From an uncultured Chlorobiaceae bacterium (GTDB lineage: Bacteria > Bacteroidota > Ignavibacteria > UBA10030 > SZUA-254): DNA of 64,000 nucleotides. The position numbers were made by a program, and so were the translations under genes. Shown here piece by piece: positions 29,152-36,732 of the stretch (positions within the stretch are counted from its first letter, which is position 1; each line of letters opens with the position of its first letter). A model generated the notes under the pieces. That model worked only from the letters and a program-made list of their open reading frames with translations. It was not told the DNA's origin and made no database searches. The DNA lies in contig CAZFQL010000007.1 in NCBI GenBank assembly GCA_964520905.1, positions 39,603 through 103,602 on the forward strand, given 5' to 3'.

Positions 29152-30054
29152 TTAAAATTCAAAACCAAGCGACACACTATGTGTCGATCCTAAATCGTAA
29201 CGGAAAGGAACGTATGCATAATCCAACTGCATAACTCCGTAATGAATACCGAATCCTGCGGAAATATTTTTTGCTTCGTATCCTGTCTGGAAACCGAAAC
29301 GCAGGGCAAGCATATTTTTATAACTAAGCTCGGCACCTAAATGCAAATGTGTTTTATTCTCACGCGTGTATGTAACGACATCCGAAGCGAAAGTCAGTTT
29401 GCTATCGATGTTCTCAACGCCCAATTGATAAGCGATACCGCCGCGAACGGTTGTGGGAAGTTTTATTGATTCATATAGCAATTTGTTCATCGATCCGAGG
29501 TTAGCTATCACGAGTGCAATATCGAAATTCCAGGGCGTTCGGTACAATCCGCCTAAATCAACAGCGTATCCTGAAGCGTCCTCGACAAAAATCTTTTCAT
29601 AAAGATATTTTCCAGTAACGCCGATATTTATCGATGTATCTATCTGATAAGCGGCAGAAAAACCGATCGCGACATCATGTGATGAGAAGGTGCTCAGAGC
29701 ATCTCCGGGTTGTGTTCGTACCTGAATGTCTGCTGTGCCGGTAGCATTCAAACTGAAACCGAATGAAAATCTATCTGCCGGAATAGATGCGCCGATGAAT
29801 TCCGTCTTCGTATCCTCGATCCATTCTTTGTGCATAAGGAGAATCTGGGCATTTTTCGAAATAGCAAGCGCCGCCGGATTGTAGTAGGTTGCTGAAGGGT
29901 CTGTGGCAATTGCCGAGTATGCTTCACCCATTCCGAGCGCTCTGCCGCTGATACCGTGCTTCAGAAACGCCAGACCCGTTTGACCTGTTTGTGAGTATGA
30001 AATACCGTTCATCAGTATATATGATGCGGTAACTAAAAAAAGGATTTTTTTCAT
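29152..30054 (-). CDS. PorV/PorQ-like (FadL-like) outer-membrane beta-barrel, T9SS-associated family
   Basis: 300 aa with a signal peptide. N-terminal motif GLAFLKHGISGRALGMGEAYSAIATDPSATYYNPAALA and C-terminal ...SVSLGFEF. Paralogous to the adjacent gene. Confidence 0.45.
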   Translation of the reverse strand: MKKILFLVTASYILMNGISYSQTGQTGLAFLKHGISGRALGMGEAYSAIATDPSATYYNPAALAISKNAQILLMHKEWIEDTKTEFIGASIPADRFSFGFSLNATGTADIQVRTQPGDALSTFSSHDVAIGFSAAYQIDTSINIGVTGKYLYEKIFVEDASGYAVDLGGLYRTPWNFDIALVIANLGSMNKLLYESIKLPTTVRGGIAYQLGVENIDSKLTFASDVVTYTRENKTHLHLGAELSYKNMLALRFGFQTGYEAKNISAGFGIHYGVMQLDYAYVPFRYDLGSTHSVSLGFEF

Positions 30055-30059
30055 GATGC

Positions 30060-31010
30060 CTAAAATGTGGTTGATAAAGTTATGATATGCATTGCGTGGG
30101 GTGCATAGGATTCAAAAACAAAAGCATACGTTAATGCCGGTGTCCAATCACCGAACGATTTTTTTGCGGAAAAACCGAACGAAGGTTTAGCTCCTGTGGC
30201 TTTATCGCTGAAATCGATACGATCTACGCCGCTTCTGACGCTGAAATATTCCATGAAATTATATTCTGCTCCCATACGAACAATGTTTGTTTTCTCAGAT
30301 GAGTTTTCAAATTCTGCCGATACAACTCCCATATTCGAAGGAAGTAAATACGCTAATCCGATGCGGCGAAGATTCGGAAATTTATCAGTAGTCGTTTTAC
30401 CTTCGGGATCTGGATAGATCGCGTGCGTATCCCATTTGTATTTTGAACCTATATCCAGAATCGAAAGACCTGCGTATAGATTATCTAGAATTTGCACGCA
30501 GGCGCCGATATCGAAACCGACGGTTGTTGAGGTTACTTCCTCGAATAACTTACTATGATAAATTTTTACCGCAACGCCGAGGGAAACTCTTTCGTCAACC
30601 CGGTTCGAGAAAGCAAGATAGAATTGGTTTTCATATGTGGAATAATCCTCCGTATGAATGCCGTCGCTGTTACGTCCGTCAATGTTGCCGACTCCGGCAT
30701 TGATCAATCCTACAGATAAACCTGCTTTCGGTTTTACAGATTGTGTGTAACTCAGAAAATTCAGCCTTCGGTCCAGCGATAGAATACCGAATGATGCGGC
30801 GGCAGTCCGGTGTTCCGAAAATGCCGACAGCGCAGGGTTATAGTATGTACTGATGTCGCCGGTAACGACTGCCGTCATTGAATTACCCATCGCCATTCCG
30901 CGTGCGCCAAAACCCATACGGGCGAACGCGCCTGCTGTGCCTGCGTTTTGCGTGTAAGCGATCGTTGTATAAAGAAGGAGTAAAACGATATATCGAGAAT
31001 AAGGCTTCAT
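30060..31010 (-). CDS. PorV/PorQ-like outer-membrane beta-barrel (paralog of 29152-30054)
   Basis: 316 aa with a signal peptide. N-terminal GTAGAFARMGFGARGMAMGNSMTAVVTGDISTYYNPALSAF parallels the motif of the neighbouring gene. Ends with Phe (ITLSTTF). Confidence 0.45.
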   Translation of the reverse strand: MKPYSRYIVLLLLYTTIAYTQNAGTAGAFARMGFGARGMAMGNSMTAVVTGDISTYYNPALSAFSEHRTAAASFGILSLDRRLNFLSYTQSVKPKAGLSVGLINAGVGNIDGRNSDGIHTEDYSTYENQFYLAFSNRVDERVSLGVAVKIYHSKLFEEVTSTTVGFDIGACVQILDNLYAGLSILDIGSKYKWDTHAIYPDPEGKTTTDKFPNLRRIGLAYLLPSNMGVVSAEFENSSEKTNIVRMGAEYNFMEYFSVRSGVDRIDFSDKATGAKPSFGFSAKKSFGDWTPALTYAFVFESYAPHAMHIITLSTTF

Positions 31011-31011
31011 A

Positions 31012-32640
31012 TTATTGCAGTACTAAAATTTTTCCAAATATCGGTTCGTCATTATCGATCTTGACGGAATAAAAATAAACGCCGTTCGCCACAATCCTGC
31101 CTTCATCATCTCTTCCGTCCCACATTTCATCGATCTCCATGTTCGATTGCCGCGTTGCATTATTAATTAGCGTTCGAACACGGTTCATTCCGAAATCAAA
31201 AATATCGATAGACACTTCCCTTGAAGATCCGGCGCTCGTATGTTTTTCGCCGTAATGAATTCTAACATATGCTTCGGGATCGGAGAGATTCGTTTTTGGC
31301 TGGAACGGATTCGGATATGCGAAAGTTTTACTCGATGCCCCGACCTTTTCGTAAGTTCGTCCGATAGTCCATACCGAGCCGAAGGGATTTTCGAAGTTGT
31401 CTATTGTTCGTACGAAACCTTCATTCGTGCCGAGGAAAACCGTATCGCCGATTACCGCAACCGAGAAGACCTGAGCAGAAAGTATCGACTGATGAACCGA
31501 AGCGTCTGTGAAGTTTGATATTTTAATGAAACTCTTTCCGCTGTTATCCGTTCGGTAAATTCCCGCATCGGTGGCGATGTAGGCGATGGAATCTTTGAAT
31601 GCAAAATCGTAAGCCCTGACACCATTGAGAAGATTATTCCATGAATTACCGTCGTCATCCGTGTAGCTTACACCGAATTCTTCAGCATTGTCTTCTGCTT
31701 TCCAGTTTGTCGTCCAGATACGTTTTGTGCCGTTGAAATTCTGCCCTCTGATCGCAATGATCCAGTTTCCGAGTATCGGATGTGATTGGTTGCGATGGTT
31801 GAATTTTATCCATGTAGTTCCGCCATCGGTCGATCTGTTGATGCCCCCGGCAGTACCGCACCAAATTGTATTCCGGTCACTGGCGTGAACAGAGAATGCC
31901 AGCAGGTTATTGTTCTTTCGTGGATCGAACTTTTTAAAGTACCTCGTTATCGCATCTGAACCATAAGTCCATAATGTATCGCTCACCCTCAACGTATCCA
32001 TATTATCTAATGGGAGAAGAATGCGCTGCCATGTTGCGCCGTTGTCGGTCGATTTGCGCAATCCGCTTGCCCAACTGGCAATCCAAACTGTACCTTCCGA
32101 TAAAGCGATATCGAATGTTACATTCTGTTCCGGCACAAGAACTGGTAAAAACCAAACCGAGTCGTTGATGCAGATTGAATCAGGGATGCAATATCTGAAA
32201 ATGCTGTCGCCGCGGTTGTCAAGCGTTTGCGGCAGATGCTGCCAACCCGTATCTCCGTTTACACTGAAAGTATAACCACTGCCTGTCTGTACGCTTCCGC
32301 CGCTGATTTCCGTATTGTAGCCGGTAGATACCCAAACGGTTTCCCGGTTGGCTGCTATCGCGAATATACCTTCATTTGCAAACGCAGGATCAGTGCGGTA
32401 ACTTGTCCACGTGCGACCGCCGTTAACACTTCTTGCAAATCCTCTGCCTGTGCCGATGTATAGCACGGAATCGGAGACTGCAATATGTGAAATGCTGTTG
32501 CTTGGCGGAAGTGCTAAGCGAACTCCGGAGGGAGGTACTGAAAATTCCTTTAGAAATTTCGATTGTGCATTCATCGTATATGGAATTCCGATTGCAACGG
32601 CAAGCATCAGAAAGATATATGTATTCAATTGTTTGATCAT
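31012..32640 (-). CDS. Secreted BNR/Asp-box repeat (sortilin/Ycf48-like beta-propeller) protein with a T9SS C-terminal sorting domain
   Basis: 542 aa with a signal peptide. Asp-box repeats (SVNGGRTW, STDNGATW, STDGGTTW, SYTDDDGNSW). C-terminal ~80 aa ...GVYFYSVKIDNDEPIFGKILVLQ resembles the type-A T9SS sorting tail. Confidence 0.65.
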   Translation of the reverse strand: MIKQLNTYIFLMLAVAIGIPYTMNAQSKFLKEFSVPPSGVRLALPPSNSISHIAVSDSVLYIGTGRGFARSVNGGRTWTSYRTDPAFANEGIFAIAANRETVWVSTGYNTEISGGSVQTGSGYTFSVNGDTGWQHLPQTLDNRGDSIFRYCIPDSICINDSVWFLPVLVPEQNVTFDIALSEGTVWIASWASGLRKSTDNGATWQRILLPLDNMDTLRVSDTLWTYGSDAITRYFKKFDPRKNNNLLAFSVHASDRNTIWCGTAGGINRSTDGGTTWIKFNHRNQSHPILGNWIIAIRGQNFNGTKRIWTTNWKAEDNAEEFGVSYTDDDGNSWNNLLNGVRAYDFAFKDSIAYIATDAGIYRTDNSGKSFIKISNFTDASVHQSILSAQVFSVAVIGDTVFLGTNEGFVRTIDNFENPFGSVWTIGRTYEKVGASSKTFAYPNPFQPKTNLSDPEAYVRIHYGEKHTSAGSSREVSIDIFDFGMNRVRTLINNATRQSNMEIDEMWDGRDDEGRIVANGVYFYSVKIDNDEPIFGKILVLQ

Positions 32641-33476
32641 TGCGCTATAATCGTGATTGTGTGATCAAGAGAATCTCCGAGGAAACCCGACTTATCGATT
32701 GCATAGAACCGTAATAATTTTGAGCCTAATGTGTTTGATGAATCTACTTGCAGTAGAGTCGAATATCTTCCATCTGCCGCAACTGAATCTCCATCCGTAG
32801 AGAAATTGCCGTCATCGTACAATGGATTCTTGGTGCTGGAATTTACAGAACTGAGATTTCGGAAATAAACCTGATCTATATCCGCAAGACCATCAGGGTC
32901 ACTCGCAGATATACGGAAATAAACGAGTGTCCTGCCGTGAAGCGGACGAACAAATGTATCTTGAGCAGAAAGGTTCCAGATGTGCGGAGGTCCGCTGTTC
33001 TTCGCAATCAGTAAACTCAACTGAATCGAATTACCGATAGAATTTTCCTGACCTTGCGCAAACATTTCGACGATGTAAATACCGGTCGATGAACGCTCCA
33101 TTGTGAACGATGCGTTAGTGTTATAAACAGCTTCGTCCGGCAATGAACTATCCGGCAAAAAGGACAAATTCCCCCTTTGTATAACATCATGCGATACGGG
33201 TGAATAAATTCTGTAAGATACTTGCTTTATGTCGCTGACACCATTCGCATCCTCGACATGAGCGATAAGAGCGATAGTAATCTTATATTTTCCATCTGTC
33301 AGATGAGCAACCGCACCTGAGCTTGTTGTATCTATGTGAAGATAATATGTATTCAATATCGCTGTAGTAACATAAGGCGGTACTCCTTGTGTGTCGATTA
33401 GCCCGCTACGGTCTTTCTCGCACGAAAGAGCAGTCAGGATTAAGATAATGAAGATGATGATTAAAGGATTTTTCAT
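32637..33476 (-). CDS. Probable lipoprotein of unknown function (Ig-like/beta-sandwich rich)
   Basis: 279 aa. Signal peptide with Cys (IILILTALSC). No recognisable catalytic motifs. Confidence 0.4.
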   Translation of the reverse strand: MKNPLIIIFIILILTALSCEKDRSGLIDTQGVPPYVTTAILNTYYLHIDTTSSGAVAHLTDGKYKITIALIAHVEDANGVSDIKQVSYRIYSPVSHDVIQRGNLSFLPDSSLPDEAVYNTNASFTMERSSTGIYIVEMFAQGQENSIGNSIQLSLLIAKNSGPPHIWNLSAQDTFVRPLHGRTLVYFRISASDPDGLADIDQVYFRNLSSVNSSTKNPLYDDGNFSTDGDSVAADGRYSTLLQVDSSNTLGSKLLRFYAIDKSGFLGDSLDHTITIIAQ

Positions 33477-33718
33477 TGGTTGATTTGAAATATAAAAAAG
33501 CCGAGTAGTCAGAACGTAACATAAAGACTCGCTCGGTGAGCTTTCTCCAAAAAGTTACCGTTGTTTAGTTAGTGACTTGGTAACAAAGAATCGTAAGTTT
33601 CCTGCTATAATTGAACAAGTTGAGGATTTAAACTACTAAAAACTAAGAAATCCTTTCCATAAAGTCAAATTTGAGTAATGTACTAGTTTGAAAAATGTTC
33701 AGAGCGATCAATGATGAA

Positions 33719-33831
33719 CAGACCTCACCCGTAGCCCTCTCCTACGAGGAGAGGGCGTTATTGCCTACGCTAATACGAGTGCAGAGCTATTTCATCCTCT
33801 CCTTTTAGGAGAGGATTATAGGTGAGGTCTG
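33719..33831. repeat. Compound palindromic element (REP-like/MITE-like) in the intergenic region
   Basis: Outer inverted repeat CAGACCTCACC (33719-33729) / GGTGAGGTCTG (33821-33831). It encloses two perfect hairpins: CCCTCTCC-tacga-GGAGAGGG (33735-33755) and CCTCTCC-tttta-GGAGAGG (33796-33814). The CTCC-TAC-G..GGAG core resembles the REP units around the RAYT gene. Confidence 0.5.
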
Positions 33832-33876
33832 CTGTTGATTTCTCTCCTCTGAAACTGAGACACCCCACAAATTTGC

Positions 33877-34812
33877 TTACACTCCAAAATCTATGAACGG
33901 CACCGGTGGAAAAGTAAGTATAAAAGTGATGAAAGCAAACCATCCCAAGAATTTTCTTGTTGGAGTCAGTACAGTATCATCGTTTATCTCCGGATGTTTC
34001 AGCTTAATCAGGAAGTATAAAATTGCCGCCCATAGCAGCCATCCTATAGATCCAAGATACAGCTTGAATCCGAAGAACGGTATGAAGCTAAGCAATCCCA
34101 TGGCAATCAGCAGACCGAAAAAGATTTTTGCTATGATGGTTTGCCACTTCCCGCCGATGAGTGCATACATAACATGACCTCCGTCTAATTGACCTACCGG
34201 CATTAAGTTAAGCGCCGTAACAAACAGCCCGAACCAGCCGACACAAAGATACGGATAATGGTAGATTTCATTCATAGGCGGAACGAAGCCGTTCCAGGTG
34301 AAAAGCTTCGTTATGCCGTAGAAGAAAATCGACTGCCCGAATGAAAATCCGTTTGTTGGAATTTCTCCTGACGGTAAGTATTCCGGATGGATTGAATAAA
34401 TATAGGATTTGTCGGGGAGCGTTAGTAATCCATACACTAAAATAATAATAGTAACGATGAAGCCGGCAATTGGTCCCGTAATGCCGATATCGAATAAAGA
34501 TTTCTTGGATGAAAAACTTGAGCGGATGCGTATGACCGCGCCGAGCGTGCCGAACGGATTCACAAGAAACGGCGGCGCGGGGATGTAATACGGAAGTGTT
34601 GTGCTTATCTTATGATACTTCGCGGCGAAGTAATGACCGAACTCGTGCGCCGACAACATAGCCAGAATACTGATTGAATAGGGAAGACCATACCAGAAAT
34701 TGGCAAGCTCCAGCGGGTCTTTGTTTAACCACTGCACTCCGGCGAGTGTTGTGGTGAAGAACGTGAGAACAAATAAACTAATGTTGAGTGTGTACGACCA
34801 GAATTTTTTCAA
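33877..34812 (-). CDS. Membrane zinc metalloprotease, M50/site-2-protease-like
   Basis: 311 aa, polytopic. HExxH motif in a TM helix (AHEFGHYFAA) and a downstream LDGG-type motif (VGQLDGGHV) typical of the S2P/M50 family. Confidence 0.7.
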   Translation of the reverse strand: MKKFWSYTLNISLFVLTFFTTTLAGVQWLNKDPLELANFWYGLPYSISILAMLSAHEFGHYFAAKYHKISTTLPYYIPAPPFLVNPFGTLGAVIRIRSSFSSKKSLFDIGITGPIAGFIVTIIILVYGLLTLPDKSYIYSIHPEYLPSGEIPTNGFSFGQSIFFYGITKLFTWNGFVPPMNEIYHYPYLCVGWFGLFVTALNLMPVGQLDGGHVMYALIGGKWQTIIAKIFFGLLIAMGLLSFIPFFGFKLYLGSIGWLLWAAILYFLIKLKHPEINDDTVLTPTRKFLGWFAFITFILTFPPVPFIDFGV

Positions 34813-34972
34813 TATTTCAATCTTTCGAATTGTTTCAAACGCTAATAAAGATAATGAAATTACACGATATTTAAAATGGCTTAGAGAGAAGTGTTTTCAA
34901 GTATAATAACGTCAAGATGTATAGAGTTGCATCATTGCACTTTTTTACCGATATTTTCTAACACAGGAATTC

Positions 34973-35680
34973 ATGCCATCAACTAAAGATATATTGCTTC
35001 AGATTCTCGAAGAATCATCAATTCAACACAAGTCGTTTGGGAAAACACAACTCATAAAATTACTCTACCTCGCCGAAGTAGAATATTACAGAAATTGCAA
35101 CCAACGTTTGACCGATCTAAATTGGCTTTTTTATCATTACGGTCCATATGCCCTTGAGCTAGAAGATATTCTTTCTGATAAGGTATTTGAACAGACGAAA
35201 ATAAAAACGCAGGATGAGAAAGACTTCATTCTCTTCAAGGTTGCTGAAGGGTTAAGCCGGTATAAATCTGAAGTCGACACCAAAGTGAGTTTGATTATTA
35301 AGAAGATAGTTGGGCAATGGAAAGATAAATCGCTTGAGGATTTGTTGGACTACGTGTACTATGAAACAGAGCCGATGGAAGCAGTTGATAAACGGGGAGA
35401 TGTACTAGATTTTACAACGATAAAAAAAGAAAATACTCAGGTTGTAATTCCTCTTAAAGCTTCAAAAGAAACAGAGCAAAAGGTTGCTGAGTTGAGGAAA
35501 CGAATTGCCCCGACACTCAAAAGACTTGGCGAACAAAACAGAACAGAACAACACGAGGACAAGGGATACAGCGATGCTATGGAAGCTTGGGATGAAGAGG
35601 AACAGGTTAATGCGGATGCCTTGCAGCATTTAAAGATCATAATCAAACCACAGACAGACTCTGACACGCAAGGGCATTGA
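34973..35680 (+). CDS. Panacea-domain (DUF4065, SocA/GepA-like) protein, candidate antitoxin
   Basis: 235 aa. N-terminal GKTQLIKLLYLAEVEYY...LTDLNWLFYHYGPYALELEDIL matches the KLxKLLYfAq...fxAWxhGPvxpevy core of the Panacea domain. The acidic, low-complexity C-terminal half is plausibly a toxin-binding/neutralising region. Confidence 0.55.
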   Translation: MPSTKDILLQILEESSIQHKSFGKTQLIKLLYLAEVEYYRNCNQRLTDLNWLFYHYGPYALELEDILSDKVFEQTKIKTQDEKDFILFKVAEGLSRYKSEVDTKVSLIIKKIVGQWKDKSLEDLLDYVYYETEPMEAVDKRGDVLDFTTIKKENTQVVIPLKASKETEQKVAELRKRIAPTLKRLGEQNRTEQHEDKGYSDAMEAWDEEEQVNADALQHLKIIIKPQTDSDTQGH

Positions 35681-35684
35681 CATA

Positions 35685-36350
35685 TTGGGACTTGTGGAAA
35701 CCAGCTTTGAAGCTGGACCTACAGTAGGGTTTACCGTTGGGGAGATTGTTGAAATTCCGTCCTTATACCCAAACAAAGATAAATTAATTCTTGATGTTAA
35801 TGTGTCTGCTGATCCGAGTGAAGGTGAACTTCCTACGATCATCAGCCCCCTTGACCAACGACAATTTAAATTACCTATAAAAAGCCTTGGCTTGAAAGTA
35901 AATGAACATTGGTTTGCGGTCAAAGGGAAAATGCGCCCTGCAATTATTATTGCAAAAGGACCAACTCGTTGGGCGACGAATGAATCCGAGCAACTAATGA
36001 TCTGCGTGCCGCTTTACACGGTTGATAAACCAAAAATTCACCGAGAGTTTGTTATAAGTGCTCAGGCTTTTCAATATCCGAGTAAATTTTATATCCCACC
36101 GTTTCCAATGTTTCATATCGAGGAAAGCATTGCACGTTTTGAGTTGATTCAAATAGCACATGTATTTGCAGTAAGAAAATTTCCAGCCAATACAAATCCG
36201 GCAATGCTGTCCGATGAATTCTTCAGTCTTTTACGACTTTGGCTCATGTCATATCTTGGTGGAGCAATTGATGAAGAAGAAATTGAAATTTTAAAATTAT
36301 ATGGAAACGATATTTTGAATGAAGCTAGAAGGCAAGGAGTAGTTATTTAA
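35685..36350 (+). CDS. Hypothetical protein with a PemK/MazF-like core segment, candidate toxin partner of the Panacea gene
   Basis: Up to 221 aa. TTG 35685 lies 4 nt after the upstream stop; alternative starts are GTG 35694 or later ATGs. The segment HWFAVKGKMRPAIIIAKGPTRWATNESEQLMICVPLYT resembles the MazF/PemK signature (..W.V.f..gkkRPalVls....vivvPiTs), flanked by unrelated N- and C-terminal extensions. Assignment is tentative. Confidence 0.35.
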   Translation: MGLVETSFEAGPTVGFTVGEIVEIPSLYPNKDKLILDVNVSADPSEGELPTIISPLDQRQFKLPIKSLGLKVNEHWFAVKGKMRPAIIIAKGPTRWATNESEQLMICVPLYTVDKPKIHREFVISAQAFQYPSKFYIPPFPMFHIEESIARFELIQIAHVFAVRKFPANTNPAMLSDEFFSLLRLWLMSYLGGAIDEEEIEILKLYGNDILNEARRQGVVI

Positions 36351-36538
36351 AACTTATGCCCACACTAACTTGGATTGATAAAAAAGCCGTAGAGAATCAC
36401 CATCGGCACGTCCCGTTTTATTTGCTTACTAAGATAACGAAATAACCAGAAAAGTAAAATGATAAAAAAAGCTGAGATATTTTACGTTGATTCTCAATAA
36501 GAAATTATTATATTTACTGGACAATAGGAGATTGAAAA

Positions 36539-36697
36539 ATGAGGGTGGAAACATGCCCTAAAAGTTTTAGTGCGGATGATTGGAATAGTAAACATAATAA
36601 AACCGTTATGAAATATGGAGAGAATATAGTGGAGAAGTTGTTTGGTGAAAATGAAATTAACGAGTTGACTGAATTTGCGAAGAGGTTGGCGGCATAG
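36539..36697 (+). CDS. Small ORF (52 aa) with a strong Shine-Dalgarno, upstream of the large nuclease-domain gene
   Basis: Not in the supplied track (<60 aa). ATG at 36539 preceded by AGGAG (36526-36530) at 8-nt spacing, which is unusual here because most genes lack an SD. Encodes MRVETCPKSFSADDWNSKHNKTVMKYGENIVEKLFGENEINELTEFAKRLAA. No homology recognised. Confidence 0.3.
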   Translation: MRVETCPKSFSADDWNSKHNKTVMKYGENIVEKLFGENEINELTEFAKRLAA

Positions 36698-36732
36698 ATA
36701 TTCTTAAATAGTCTTGAAATAAACTTGAACAT

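Noticed and set aside
36514-36732. 72-aa minus-strand ORF in the intergenic region upstream of the 1115-aa gene.
   Set aside because: Hydrophobic, low-complexity translation with no start context. It overlaps the better-supported plus-strand sORF with the AGGAG SD and is likely non-coding.
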